A DNA stretch of 44,712 bases. It comes from a virus (Duplodnaviria; Caudoviricetes). The position numbers and the translations under genes are program-made. Location: positions 1-44,712 of IMG/VR virus record IMGVR_UViG_3300037483_000229; one strand, 5' to 3'. Of the stretch, positions 8,158-15,206 are shown one piece after another (positions within the stretch are counted from its first letter, which is position 1; each line of letters begins with the position of its first letter). The notes below the pieces were generated by a model. That model was given only the letters and a program-made list of their open reading frames with translations, was not told the DNA's origin and ran no database searches.

Positions 8158-8709
8158 TTGATGCCAAAAGGAACAGCGGTCGAACGCCGGATCAAGTTGC
8201 GCAATGCGGAAGAAATGGAACAAGCAGCCTATAAAAAGTTCATGGAAACCGTAGGTATACCGATGCTAGTTGCCGATGAGGTCAGCCTGCGCCGTCTCGC
8301 TCAGACAAGAGCGAAGAACCGCCATCAGCTTCTCTATGAGGCTGTTGAGTTTGCTGCTGGCATCGCCGATTTGGCTGAGCAAAAACAAGATGCCGACTAT
8401 GGTTCCGCCAACACTGGCGGGGCGGCGCTCGTGGCCACGACGATTAGGGCCTACGCCGAAACGCTATTGGCGCATCGCGAGATAGACGAACTGTTTTTGC
8501 TGGATTGGGAGTCAATGGATACGGCACCGAAGGACGGCAGATCAATCCTCATTGCAATCGAGAACGGTGCCGTTGGCGAGGCGCGATACGTTGAGGATGC
8601 TGGTTGGTACTGGTCGGGGAGCGATCCGACGGACCAGCATGATGGCAGCGTTCAAGGCGAAGTCGCGTGGCAGCCGATGCCGGTTTACCCGAAGAACAAA
8701 GGCCGTTGA
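8158..8709 (+). CDS. hypothetical protein with DUF551-like C-terminus
   Basis: WESMDTAPKDG..WQPMP motif; AGGAG RBS. Confidence 0.7.
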   Translation: MMPKGTAVERRIKLRNAEEMEQAAYKKFMETVGIPMLVADEVSLRRLAQTRAKNRHQLLYEAVEFAAGIADLAEQKQDADYGSANTGGAALVATTIRAYAETLLAHREIDELFLLDWESMDTAPKDGRSILIAIENGAVGEARYVEDAGWYWSGSDPTDQHDGSVQGEVAWQPMPVYPKNKGR

Positions 8710-8716
8710 GGAGAGG
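8689..8716 (+). other. dif-like junction site
   Basis: ccgaagaACAA-aggccg-TTGAggagagg. Confidence 0.45.
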
Positions 8717-8722
8717 TTAGCG

Positions 8723-8980
8723 ATGCGTCAGCTGGCACTCGAACTAGAACCATCACAGCGTGTTTGTGATTCTGTCACGTCATGGCAGGAGATAGACGCT
8801 GCCACGCCAACCGATCGTGCATTACAGATCGGATTTTGGATTACGGCAGAATCGCGCTGGCAGTACCTATTCCACACAGCTTGGAATAACCGAATGCCGA
8901 GGCCAGGTTTCTACTGCGACGATGATCTTTTGAAGCCGTCGCATTGGCGCGACATTGGCAAGCCGCATAGGGGTGGTTAA
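8723..8980 (+). CDS. hypothetical protein, DUF551-like
   Basis: WQEIDAATPTDR..PSHWR motif; GGAGAGG RBS. Confidence 0.6.
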   Translation: MRQLALELEPSQRVCDSVTSWQEIDAATPTDRALQIGFWITAESRWQYLFHTAWNNRMPRPGFYCDDDLLKPSHWRDIGKPHRGG

Positions 8981-8987
8981 TGAACAC
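8960..8987 (+). other. dif-like junction site
   Basis: aagccgcATAG-gggtgg-TTAAtgaacac. Confidence 0.6.
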
Positions 8988-9168
8988 GATTTTAGCAGAG
9001 ATCGCCATTGTCTCAGATGAGTTCGGGCATAGCGTGGTTATGAACTACGACGGCAAAGAAGTGAAACGCAGCCTGGCTTATAATGACCGAAAAGACGCCG
9101 AAGATGAGGCTGAGATGTGGACGATGATCGCCAAGGACTGCGGCGGCACTCAAATTAAAAATCAATAA
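8980..9168 (+). CDS. hypothetical protein
   Basis: TAATG coupling to the previous gene. Confidence 0.65.
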   Translation: MNTILAEIAIVSDEFGHSVVMNYDGKEVKRSLAYNDRKDAEDEAEMWTMIAKDCGGTQIKNQ

Positions 9169-9175
9169 GGGTGGA
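9148..9175 (+). other. dif-like junction site
   Basis: actcaaaTTAA-aaatca-ATAAgggtgga. Confidence 0.5.
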
Positions 9176-9177
9176 CG

Positions 9178-9384
9178 ATGAAAATGGACGAGATTGCCGA
9201 AATACTTCTCGCAGGTCGAAAGATGGCAGCGAGAACAGGAAGCAGGTTCCGGGTTGACCCTTCGCGCTGCGCCGCGTTCGGCTTCACACCCGCGCAAATG
9301 AAGCGCGTTGAGGCGACCGTCAAGAAAATCGAGGACTACACCGCCACGCAACTAGCAGGCCTGCGTTCGGACAAGAGGGGTTAA
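9178..9384 (+). CDS. hypothetical protein
   Basis: RBS present; co-oriented. Confidence 0.6.
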   Translation: MKMDEIAEILLAGRKMAARTGSRFRVDPSRCAAFGFTPAQMKRVEATVKKIEDYTATQLAGLRSDKRG

Positions 9385-9391
9385 GACGAAT
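9364..9391 (+). other. dif-like junction site
   Basis: cgttcggACAA-gagggg-TTAAgacgaat. Confidence 0.5.
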
Positions 9392-9572
9392 GTCAGAACT
9401 AGACTATCTTCCGCCGCTGACACCTGAGCAAATCGAGGTTTTCCGACGCCGGGCCTACACGTTGGATAATTGCGGCACCTTCTATCTTCGCGGCTTGGTC
9501 GATGCGTGCGGGCGAGACGAGGAACCGGGCCGACTCTTGCGAGCAAAGCTCGAAACCAGTTCACCCATATGA
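9390..9572 (+). CDS. hypothetical protein
   Basis: Fills the interval between two junction sites. Confidence 0.55.
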   Translation: MSELDYLPPLTPEQIEVFRRRAYTLDNCGTFYLRGLVDACGRDEEPGRLLRAKLETSSPI

Positions 9573-9587
9573 CGCGTTAATACGAAC
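9560..9587 (+). other. dif-like junction site
   Basis: ttcacccATAT-gacgcg-TTAAtacgaac; left arm shared with the 10093 site. Confidence 0.6.
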
Positions 9588-9622
9588 AGATTCAAAACGG
9601 CCCATGGCTAGGCTATAGTTTG

Positions 9623-9850
9623 ATGATGACACAGGAAAAACTAGACAGTCTCGAACGAGACCTCAGATGCGCAATCGCATAGCGCGATAAAGCCAATGCT
9701 GAGCGTGACAAAATCATGCTCGCCCTAATCGAAATTGAAAGGAAGATTATTGCTTTGGGCAAGCCATGCGAGGTGTGTGGAAAGCCGTTCGCTCCAAAAC
9801 GGAAGAACAGCCGCTGTTGCTCCCCCGAGTGCTACAAAAGAGCGTTTTAG
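9623..9850 (+). pseudogene. coiled-coil plus zinc-finger ORF interrupted by an in-frame TAG at 9680-9682
   Basis: MMTQEKLDSLERDLRCAIA*RDKANAERDK...CEVCGKPF..CCSPEC reads as one protein through the stop. Confidence 0.55.
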
Positions 9851-9852
9851 CC

Positions 9853-10113
9853 ATGTCTTTAACAGAATACGAGAACTCAGTTCTAACGACCATCGCGAAG
9901 AAGTGCGCCCGCACCCACTGGTGTGAGCCACCCCGCGAGGATGCGGTCGCAACCGCCCTCAGGCATTTATCCGCCCACAAAATGATTACTCGAAAGTATG
10001 AGGCATGGTGGTTAGTTCGCCCGACAGAAAAGGCGATGGTTCACATCGCGTCCCGAAAAAAGGTGAGACGGCAGGTGTACCGCACCACCAAATTCACCCA
10101 TACCGCCGCTTAA
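9853..10113 (+). CDS. hypothetical protein
   Basis: ATG 2 nt after the previous stop; ends in a junction site. Confidence 0.55.
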   Translation: MSLTEYENSVLTTIAKKCARTHWCEPPREDAVATALRHLSAHKMITRKYEAWWLVRPTEKAMVHIASRKKVRRQVYRTTKFTHTAA

Positions 10114-10120
10114 GGAGAAT
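10093..10120 (+). other. dif-like junction site
   Basis: ttcacccATAC-cgccgc-TTAAggagaat. Confidence 0.6.
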
Positions 10121-10123
10121 GAC

Positions 10124-10345
10124 GTGTCAGAATTATTCACTCGGGAACAGTGCGAAAAATACTTTCGTGAGGAAGTAGCTGACGCTGGAGGCGCTAAAAA
10201 GTGGCTCAAGAAAAACAAGGTCTATGGAATGGACCATGTTCACCACATGGTGAATGATGGAAGCTATTTCGAGCATCCCGTCGTAATGGACCGGCTAGGA
10301 TTCAAGAAGGTTGAGCGGTGGGAAGCCGTTCGCGTTCATGGCTAG
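10124..10345 (+). CDS. hypothetical protein (possible small HTH)
   Basis: TAAGGAG RBS, GTG start. Confidence 0.7.
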   Translation: MSELFTREQCEKYFREEVADAGGAKKWLKKNKVYGMDHVHHMVNDGSYFEHPVVMDRLGFKKVERWEAVRVHG

Positions 10346-10356
10346 TTAAGGAACAG
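10329..10356 (+). other. dif-like junction site
   Basis: ttcgcgtTCAT-ggctag-TTAAggaacag. Confidence 0.55.
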
Positions 10357-10360
10357 GAAG

Positions 10361-10546
10361 ATGGGCGAAGAAGCGGACGCTGACTGGCAAGAGGGCCTTA
10401 TTGAGTGGGGCTACAGAGACGCGAGTAATCGCTGTCCGACGTGTGGACGCACCGATCTTGAATATAATAGGGCCACTAAGTCGAGACCGTGGCGCTGTGG
10501 AGACCATTGGCACGGTGACGATCATTTGCGAAAGCAACACCGCTAA
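10361..10546 (+). CDS. small zinc-ribbon-like hypothetical protein
   Basis: MGEEAD start, CPTC motif, AGGA RBS. Confidence 0.65.
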   Translation: MGEEADADWQEGLIEWGYRDASNRCPTCGRTDLEYNRATKSRPWRCGDHWHGDDHLRKQHR

Positions 10547-10563
10547 CGTGTCGTATGGAAGTT
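10536..10563 (+). other. dif-like junction site
   Basis: aacaccgCTAA-cgtgtc-GTATggaagtt. Confidence 0.55.
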
Positions 10564-10566
10564 GGA

Positions 10567-10698
10567 ATGCTGGACTGGATCGGATATCAGCTTACGGTGC
10601 GGGTGCCATGGTCGATTGCCATGCGCACGACTTGCAACGCCGACAGCCGCATAGGGCAATGGTGCCTGCCGCGCGCCGGCAACCATGCATATAGCTAG
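10567..10698 (+). CDS. 43-aa hypothetical protein (MLDWIGYQLTVRVPW...), absent from the ORF track
   Basis: Exactly fills the interval between junction sites 10536 and 10682. Confidence 0.5.
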   Translation: MLDWIGYQLTVRVPWSIAMRTTCNADSRIGQWCLPRAGNHAYS

Positions 10699-10714
10699 TT
10701 CGACGGAGGGTAAG

Positions 10715-11152
10715 ATGGTTCTGCCGATACAGATAAAGAATGGCGATGTATACAGGGACGCTACGCCGACAGAACTGCGGTTGCTTTTTAAGATCGAGCA
10801 ACTACGGACGGCGCTAGAGCGGGTACTGCTGGACATTGATTTCATGGTCGAGCGCGGCACGTTGGCCGACATAAGCAGCGCCACGATCCCGCAAGGACGA
10901 TGGCGATACCAAGTCGGCGGCTCATGGCCTTCGACCGCTACGGCGGCGGCGAAGGTCGTCAAGTTCAAGATTGAGTATCCTGAGCTGTTCGGTGTAGCGC
11001 CTTATTTGCTCGGAGATTATCTGCTTGACAGAGTCGGACGTGTCGGGGTTTTTCCGAAGCTCGTAGTCGAGCCGGTCTATTTGCGCCTGTGTATTATCGC
11101 GCGCACTTTCTTTCGTTGCGATTTGAAGCGCGGTGAATTGCTCCGAGTTTGA
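10715..11152 (+). CDS. hypothetical protein, probably 3'-truncated near 10875 and running on antisense into the late gene
   Basis: GGAGGG RBS; last ~230 nt overlap the - strand gene 10922-11341. Confidence 0.45.
   Translation: MVLPIQIKNGDVYRDATPTELRLLFKIEQLRTALERVLLDIDFMVERGTLADISSATIPQGRWRYQVGGSWPSTATAAAKVVKFKIEYPELFGVAPYLLGDYLLDRVGRVGVFPKLVVEPVYLRLCIIARTFFRCDLKRGELLRV
10878..10907. terminator. imperfect GCAA-loop hairpin where the early (+) and late (-) arms converge
   Basis: CGCCACGATCC-CGCAA-GGACGATGGCG; no U-tract. Confidence 0.3.
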
Positions 11153-11341
11153 CTTTTCGGACGCATGAATGATCTGCCTGGTGAAGTCGCGGGTGGCAAA
11201 CCAATAAGGTTCCGCGACTTCACCGAAATGCATGAGGGCGATTATTGCCGCTGCCGAGGCTGAGATCGCGCTGCAAATCACGGTAAACCTTTGAAGTGGC
11301 GTGCCTAACCACCAGTCCTTGGCTATTTGGACTGGGCTCAT
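10922..11341 (-). CDS. membrane-anchored coiled-coil protein in the lysis module
   Basis: One TM segment plus coiled coil; last gene of the late operon. Confidence 0.7.
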   Translation of the reverse strand: MSPVQIAKDWWLGTPLQRFTVICSAISASAAAIIALMHFGEVAEPYWFATRDFTRQIIHASEKSNSEQFTALQIATKESARDNTQAQIDRLDYELRKNPDTSDSVKQIISEQIRRYTEQLRILNLELDDLRRRRSGRRP

Positions 11342-11476
11342 GACAGCCCCCGTTGATTCATTCCGCTTGCTGTGCTTTCATCCGTTCCAACCGTCATGTC
11401 GGTCCTCTCATCAGGATCGTGTGCGGCCAGGTCTGGGCTGACGTTCAGGCGCCAGCTCGGGCCGCTTCGTTAACGC

Positions 11477-11698
11477 TTACACGCCGCCGGCTTCGGTCTG
11501 GCCTTCCAGTTCGGCGTTCATCGCATCGCTGCGCGCGCGGATCACGGCGAGTTCTTCGACGGTGATCTGCTTGCCACCGACCAGTTCCTTCAAAAGCAGC
11601 AGGCTGGGCCCGGCGTCTTTGCCGAGCTGAATGAGCGTTTGCGCGCCGGAGATGATGGCCGACGCGAGCGAGATGATTTGCGGGACTGAGGCCAACAT
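11477..11698 (-). CDS. small lysis-module protein
   Basis: GGAG RBS; follows the lipoprotein gene. Confidence 0.7.
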   Translation of the reverse strand: MLASVPQIISLASAIISGAQTLIQLGKDAGPSLLLLKELVGGKQITVEELAVIRARSDAMNAELEGQTEAGGV

Positions 11699-11707
11699 GG
11701 AAAGCTC

Positions 11708-12127
11708 CTATATGCCGGTTGCGGCGGCGGTTGACTTGAACGATTTGAGCGCGGCCGTAGCTTCGTTGAACGCCTTTATGGCGCTGACATTCTCGTTGTT
11801 GTCCATGAAGGCGCGCAACTCGACGAGGGCCTTGTAGGCAACCCGGTTTGCGCTCCGCAGCTTTTCGACCACTGACCAGTGCGAGCAGAGGTTCGTTGCG
11901 CTGGCGCGTTCGAGGATGCCGCAGCGCCGCAGCCGCGCGTAGCTCAGGGCCGCCGCGGCGGCCACCTGGTAGGACGATTCCACCGCGGCTTGCTGTTCGC
12001 GCGTGATCGGGTTTTGAACTTCCGCGGTCAGCGAGAGGCCACCCTCGAACACGGATTTGTCGAAGCCGGCGCAGCCCGAAAGCGCGATGGCAAAGAATAA
12101 CGCTGGAACAATCAGAAACTTTCGCAT
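11708..12127 (-). CDS. lipoprotein (possible spanin-type lysis accessory)
   Basis: Lipobox LSGC after a hydrophobic signal; located in the lysis cassette. Confidence 0.75.
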   Translation of the reverse strand: MRKFLIVPALFFAIALSGCAGFDKSVFEGGLSLTAEVQNPITREQQAAVESSYQVAAAAALSYARLRRCGILERASATNLCSHWSVVEKLRSANRVAYKALVELRAFMDNNENVSAIKAFNEATAALKSFKSTAAATGI

Positions 12128-12142
12128 GTCGGTGTCCTTTGG

Positions 12143-12460
12143 TTAGGTGTTTTTCTTGATCGCCAACGAAACGTCAGCGGGCTTGGATAGGTTCGAAACG
12201 ATGTTTGTTTCCGGCGTGTCCATTGCCAGTTCCGGCGTGGTGACAACGGTCGTGCCTGGGATGGCGGCGGCGGACTGCGCAATGGCTTTCGGCCTGTTCT
12301 GCCACCAGCCGTAAAAAGCCGCTGCAACGGCCAGCAGCAATGTGGCGTAGTTGGCAACATCCGCGGATGTGATGAACCCGCGCGCGACCAGCCAGCCGAG
12401 GCCAATGTAAATGACCCGCTCGACCGGGCCGCGCACTTGATCGAAGGTGATGCCGTGCAT
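12143..12460 (-). CDS. putative holin
   Basis: Two short TM helices; immediately downstream of the endolysin. Confidence 0.65.
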   Translation of the reverse strand: MHGITFDQVRGPVERVIYIGLGWLVARGFITSADVANYATLLLAVAAAFYGWWQNRPKAIAQSAAAIPGTTVVTTPELAMDTPETNIVSNLSKPADVSLAIKKNT

Positions 12461-12472
12461 GATCGTTTTCCG

Positions 12473-13093
12473 TCAGGTTGCCGCGATGATGTCCGCGTAA
12501 AACTGCTTGTGAATCGCCGCGATTTCGGCCGCGCGATCGGTGCCGTTGATGATCCGGCGGGCATTGACCGGATCGTTCTTGGTCGCGCTGAAATAGTCGG
12601 CCAGCTTTTTGCCGGTGAAAACGCCGTGGATCATCCCGTCGAACAGGATGAACGACGCGATATCGAGCCGCATGGCGAGGTCGGGGTTTTTTACCAGATC
12701 TACGTCGAAGCCGGCCGCCTGCAGGCGTGTCGTCATCGCCGCGTAGTTGTTTTTCCAGGTCAGTTGGACGAAGCCCTTGCCGGAATACAGGATGCCGTCG
12801 CCCTTGGTCCGATTGCCGTTGCGCTTCGCCAGCGCCGGCCGCGCGCCAGTCGGGTCGTACATGCGCGTCAGGTAAGCCTTGCCGCCGGCTTCCTGAATGG
12901 GCTGCATGGTGTGGTCGGTTTCCCATTTGGTCGTCGCCAGCATGTAGGCCAGCCAGCGCGGATCATCGAGCTGCCGGCGCTCCCACTCGTCGAGAATGGC
13001 CGTGATGCCTTTGACGTTACCGGCGGTCAGCTTGCCCGGAAACGGAGTGTGGCGGATGCCGTCGAAAAATGCCTTGCGGTCGATGTTACCCAT
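12473..13093 (-). CDS. endolysin, GH19/chitinase-like lysozyme family
   Basis: LAYMLATxxWET, GKGFVQLTWKNNY and ARRIINGTDRA motifs. Start placed at ATG 13093 from promoter spacing. Confidence 0.85.
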   Translation of the reverse strand: MGNIDRKAFFDGIRHTPFPGKLTAGNVKGITAILDEWERRQLDDPRWLAYMLATTKWETDHTMQPIQEAGGKAYLTRMYDPTGARPALAKRNGNRTKGDGILYSGKGFVQLTWKNNYAAMTTRLQAAGFDVDLVKNPDLAMRLDIASFILFDGMIHGVFTGKKLADYFSATKNDPVNARRIINGTDRAAEIAAIHKQFYADIIAAT

Positions 13094-13134
13094 GCCGCGA
13101 CGGTGCTTGCCGGCGCCCTGTCCAGCAACGCACC
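13094..13134 (-). promoter_or_regulatory. late promoter motif (leaderless endolysin)
   Basis: GGTGCGTTGCTG-N17-CACCGT-N6-ATG. Confidence 0.7.
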
Positions 13135-13200
13135 GCAGGCCGCAGGGCCGGTTGTGAGATTGAGGTTTTGCCACTATGGTCGCCTGATCAGGAGGCCACC

Positions 13201-13542
13201 ATGATTTTTACGGTAAAGCGCAGTGTTTTGCTGTGGGGGGCGTTGCTGGCCACGTTGATGTTGGCGATTGTCGGCATGGCTTACCTTGCGGACCCGCGAC
13301 CCAGGAGCGAGCGTCACCGCGATGCGATACGCTTCCTCATCGCTCGTGGTGTCATATCACCAACCAACCACGTTGTTATCGTTGACCTAACATTTTGCGG
13401 TGGTGCTCTGACGGGCGTTTACGTCTACGCCTATCCGAGGCCCGGTAGAGACGTAGACGGACGCTTATGCTGGGATCGTTCCGCTAAACGATGGTTCGCA
13501 CACAAGCTCGCGCCCGCCGACACGCTCATGAAAGACCGTTGA
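13201..13542 (+). CDS. membrane-anchored hypothetical protein (moron)
   Basis: AGGAGG RBS; N-terminal TM; opposite strand to the late operon. Confidence 0.65.
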   Translation: MIFTVKRSVLLWGALLATLMLAIVGMAYLADPRPRSERHRDAIRFLIARGVISPTNHVVIVDLTFCGGALTGVYVYAYPRPGRDVDGRLCWDRSAKRWFAHKLAPADTLMKDR

Positions 13543-13554
13543 TTTCAGCGCTGG

Positions 13555-15156
13555 TTATAAGTCTTTCCCGCGTGTGTCGACCCAGCCATTAACATAAATG
13601 CTGAATACTAAATTTGCATCGCTGGCGCTGTGTCGCGTGCGAATTTGCGCGCTGGTATTCGTGCAAACTTCATCTTGATAGGTGGACCGGTGATCTGTAA
13701 CAGCCGTTGCAGACACGTCTATATGATTCAGCGTTGAACTTGGCGCGGTGTCTGTTTGGTCGAGAGATGTGATTAATATTGTATTTCCAAGCCCGCCGCC
13801 TCCTCTCGCTGCCGCAGCGGAAATAATAGCGTCAACCTTGATGCCGATAGGCACATGCAGAGTACGAGACACGGCACTGGTTCCAGGGCTTGTTATGGCC
13901 GCAACGGAAGCAATTGGCACTTTGCGTGAGAATTTATCGTTTTTTTGAATATATGGGACAATGGCCCCGCCTTCGCGCAAAATTGACGCGACGCGGCGGA
14001 AATACACATACCCGGATGGCAGCACCGCTGTCGGGTCGACCCCCGTATAGGCGAAATAGTCGGTGGTGCCGTCAACCTTGCCGATGAGAAACAGGTGGTA
14101 GGTCGTGTCGGTGATGGCCGTGGTGTAGCGCATGCCGTTGCCGGTGCCTTCGGCGAAGTCGGCGTCGAGCCGCTTGGTCATCGCCGTGCCGGTCATATCT
14201 ACCGTATTGGTGTAATCGCGCGCCACGCCCTCCGCGAAGTCGATGTCGTTGGTGGCATCGGTCGCGTTGTTTGCCGTGATCAGGCCGTCGATGTAGCCGC
14301 GCGGCAGCGCGGAAGTGGACGCGGCCCACGTTGCGTCGGTGCCGTCCGATTTCAGGAAGGTGCCGGACGCGCCCAGCGCATAGGCGGCCCATGCCGCGGC
14401 CTCGCGCCGCAGCACCATGCCGCGCGTCGAGCCGAACACGGAATCGAGCAGCGCGCTGACCGTCGAGAACGCCACGGCATCGCTCTGGCGGGCCAGCAAT
14501 AGGCCGTTGGATGCGGCCGAGATATCCGCCGGGTCGCCGGTGGAATTGGCGCTGCGCCCGATAACCGAGCACGCGCCGGAATCCCGCAGATAGGCGTTCG
14601 ACACCGCATCGTTTGCCAGCGTGCCGCCGCCCAATACAGGCGCGGCCTCATAGCTCGGCTTGCCGTCCGAATCCCATTTGAAATAGTTGCCGGCACGGGT
14701 GGCGATGCTGGGCAGCACCATGTCGACGGTTTCGCCCGGCCGGCCGATCAGCGTGCGGGTGCGCAGCATGTCCCAGACCTCGCGCAGCCGGGCCACGATA
14801 TGCGTCACGATCTGGTTGAAATCGTGCGCCGAAACGCCTTGTCCTTCGGTGAGTTGCGACGTGCGCCGCGGCCGGTCGGCGCCGACGATATCGATGTCGC
14901 CGGTGCGCGCCGCGGTGAACGTCACGCGCGCGTCGGTAATGGGTCGGGCCAGCACGGCGAGCGAGCCGGATGGGCTGTCGAGCGTCCAGTCGGTGACCGC
15001 AGTCAGCTTCACGCCGTCGTCGTAGACCTCAAGCCACTGCGCGTAGTCAGTGCCGTTGCCGTAAATATCGAACGAGACATTGATAGGCCCCGTCGAGACC
15101 GCAATGGTGGACCGCGTGCGCCGTTCTGTGTCGGGAAGCGTCGGGATCGCCGTCAT
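13555..15156 (-). CDS. tail fibre / receptor-binding protein
   Basis: T7 gp17-like N-terminal adaptor (DRPRRTSQL..HDFNQ); Ala/Thr-rich body; follows the ejection proteins. Confidence 0.8.
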   Translation of the reverse strand: MTAIPTLPDTERRTRSTIAVSTGPINVSFDIYGNGTDYAQWLEVYDDGVKLTAVTDWTLDSPSGSLAVLARPITDARVTFTAARTGDIDIVGADRPRRTSQLTEGQGVSAHDFNQIVTHIVARLREVWDMLRTRTLIGRPGETVDMVLPSIATRAGNYFKWDSDGKPSYEAAPVLGGGTLANDAVSNAYLRDSGACSVIGRSANSTGDPADISAASNGLLLARQSDAVAFSTVSALLDSVFGSTRGMVLRREAAAWAAYALGASGTFLKSDGTDATWAASTSALPRGYIDGLITANNATDATNDIDFAEGVARDYTNTVDMTGTAMTKRLDADFAEGTGNGMRYTTAITDTTYHLFLIGKVDGTTDYFAYTGVDPTAVLPSGYVYFRRVASILREGGAIVPYIQKNDKFSRKVPIASVAAITSPGTSAVSRTLHVPIGIKVDAIISAAAARGGGGLGNTILITSLDQTDTAPSSTLNHIDVSATAVTDHRSTYQDEVCTNTSAQIRTRHSASDANLVFSIYVNGWVDTRGKDL

Positions 15157-15196
15157 GGGGGCATCCTGCCCGCCACGTCAGCCCCAGCAACGCACC
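15157..15196 (-). promoter_or_regulatory. late promoter motif (leaderless tail fibre)
   Basis: GGTGCGTTGCTG-N16-CAGGAT-N6-ATG. Confidence 0.7.
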
Positions 15197-15206
15197 GCTG
15201 GGCTGC

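Noticed and set aside
9680-9682. Genome-wide TAG reassignment
   Set aside because: TAG terminates well-supported genes such as the integrase and repressor; no suppressor tRNA seen.
10645-10656. AGCCGCATAGGG identical to 8961-8972
   Set aside because: Inside a small ORF with no matching right arm; chance or relic, so not counted as a site.
7354-10891. Classical integron attC sites
   Set aside because: Junctions are too short and lack RYYYAAC..GTTRRRY long hairpins; the integrase looks phage-type.
13125-13134. GGTGCG of the late motif matching the E. coli XerC arm
   Set aside because: It is followed by TTGC rather than CATAA, has no partner arm, and its spacing to starts fits a promoter.
13236-13249. 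+ strand GGGGCGTTGCTGG resembling the late promoter motif
   Set aside because: Mismatch in the core, wrong strand, inside a CDS, no downstream start.
13555-15156. Diversity-generating retroelement as in BPP-1
   Set aside because: No reverse transcriptase and no template/variable repeat pair seen.
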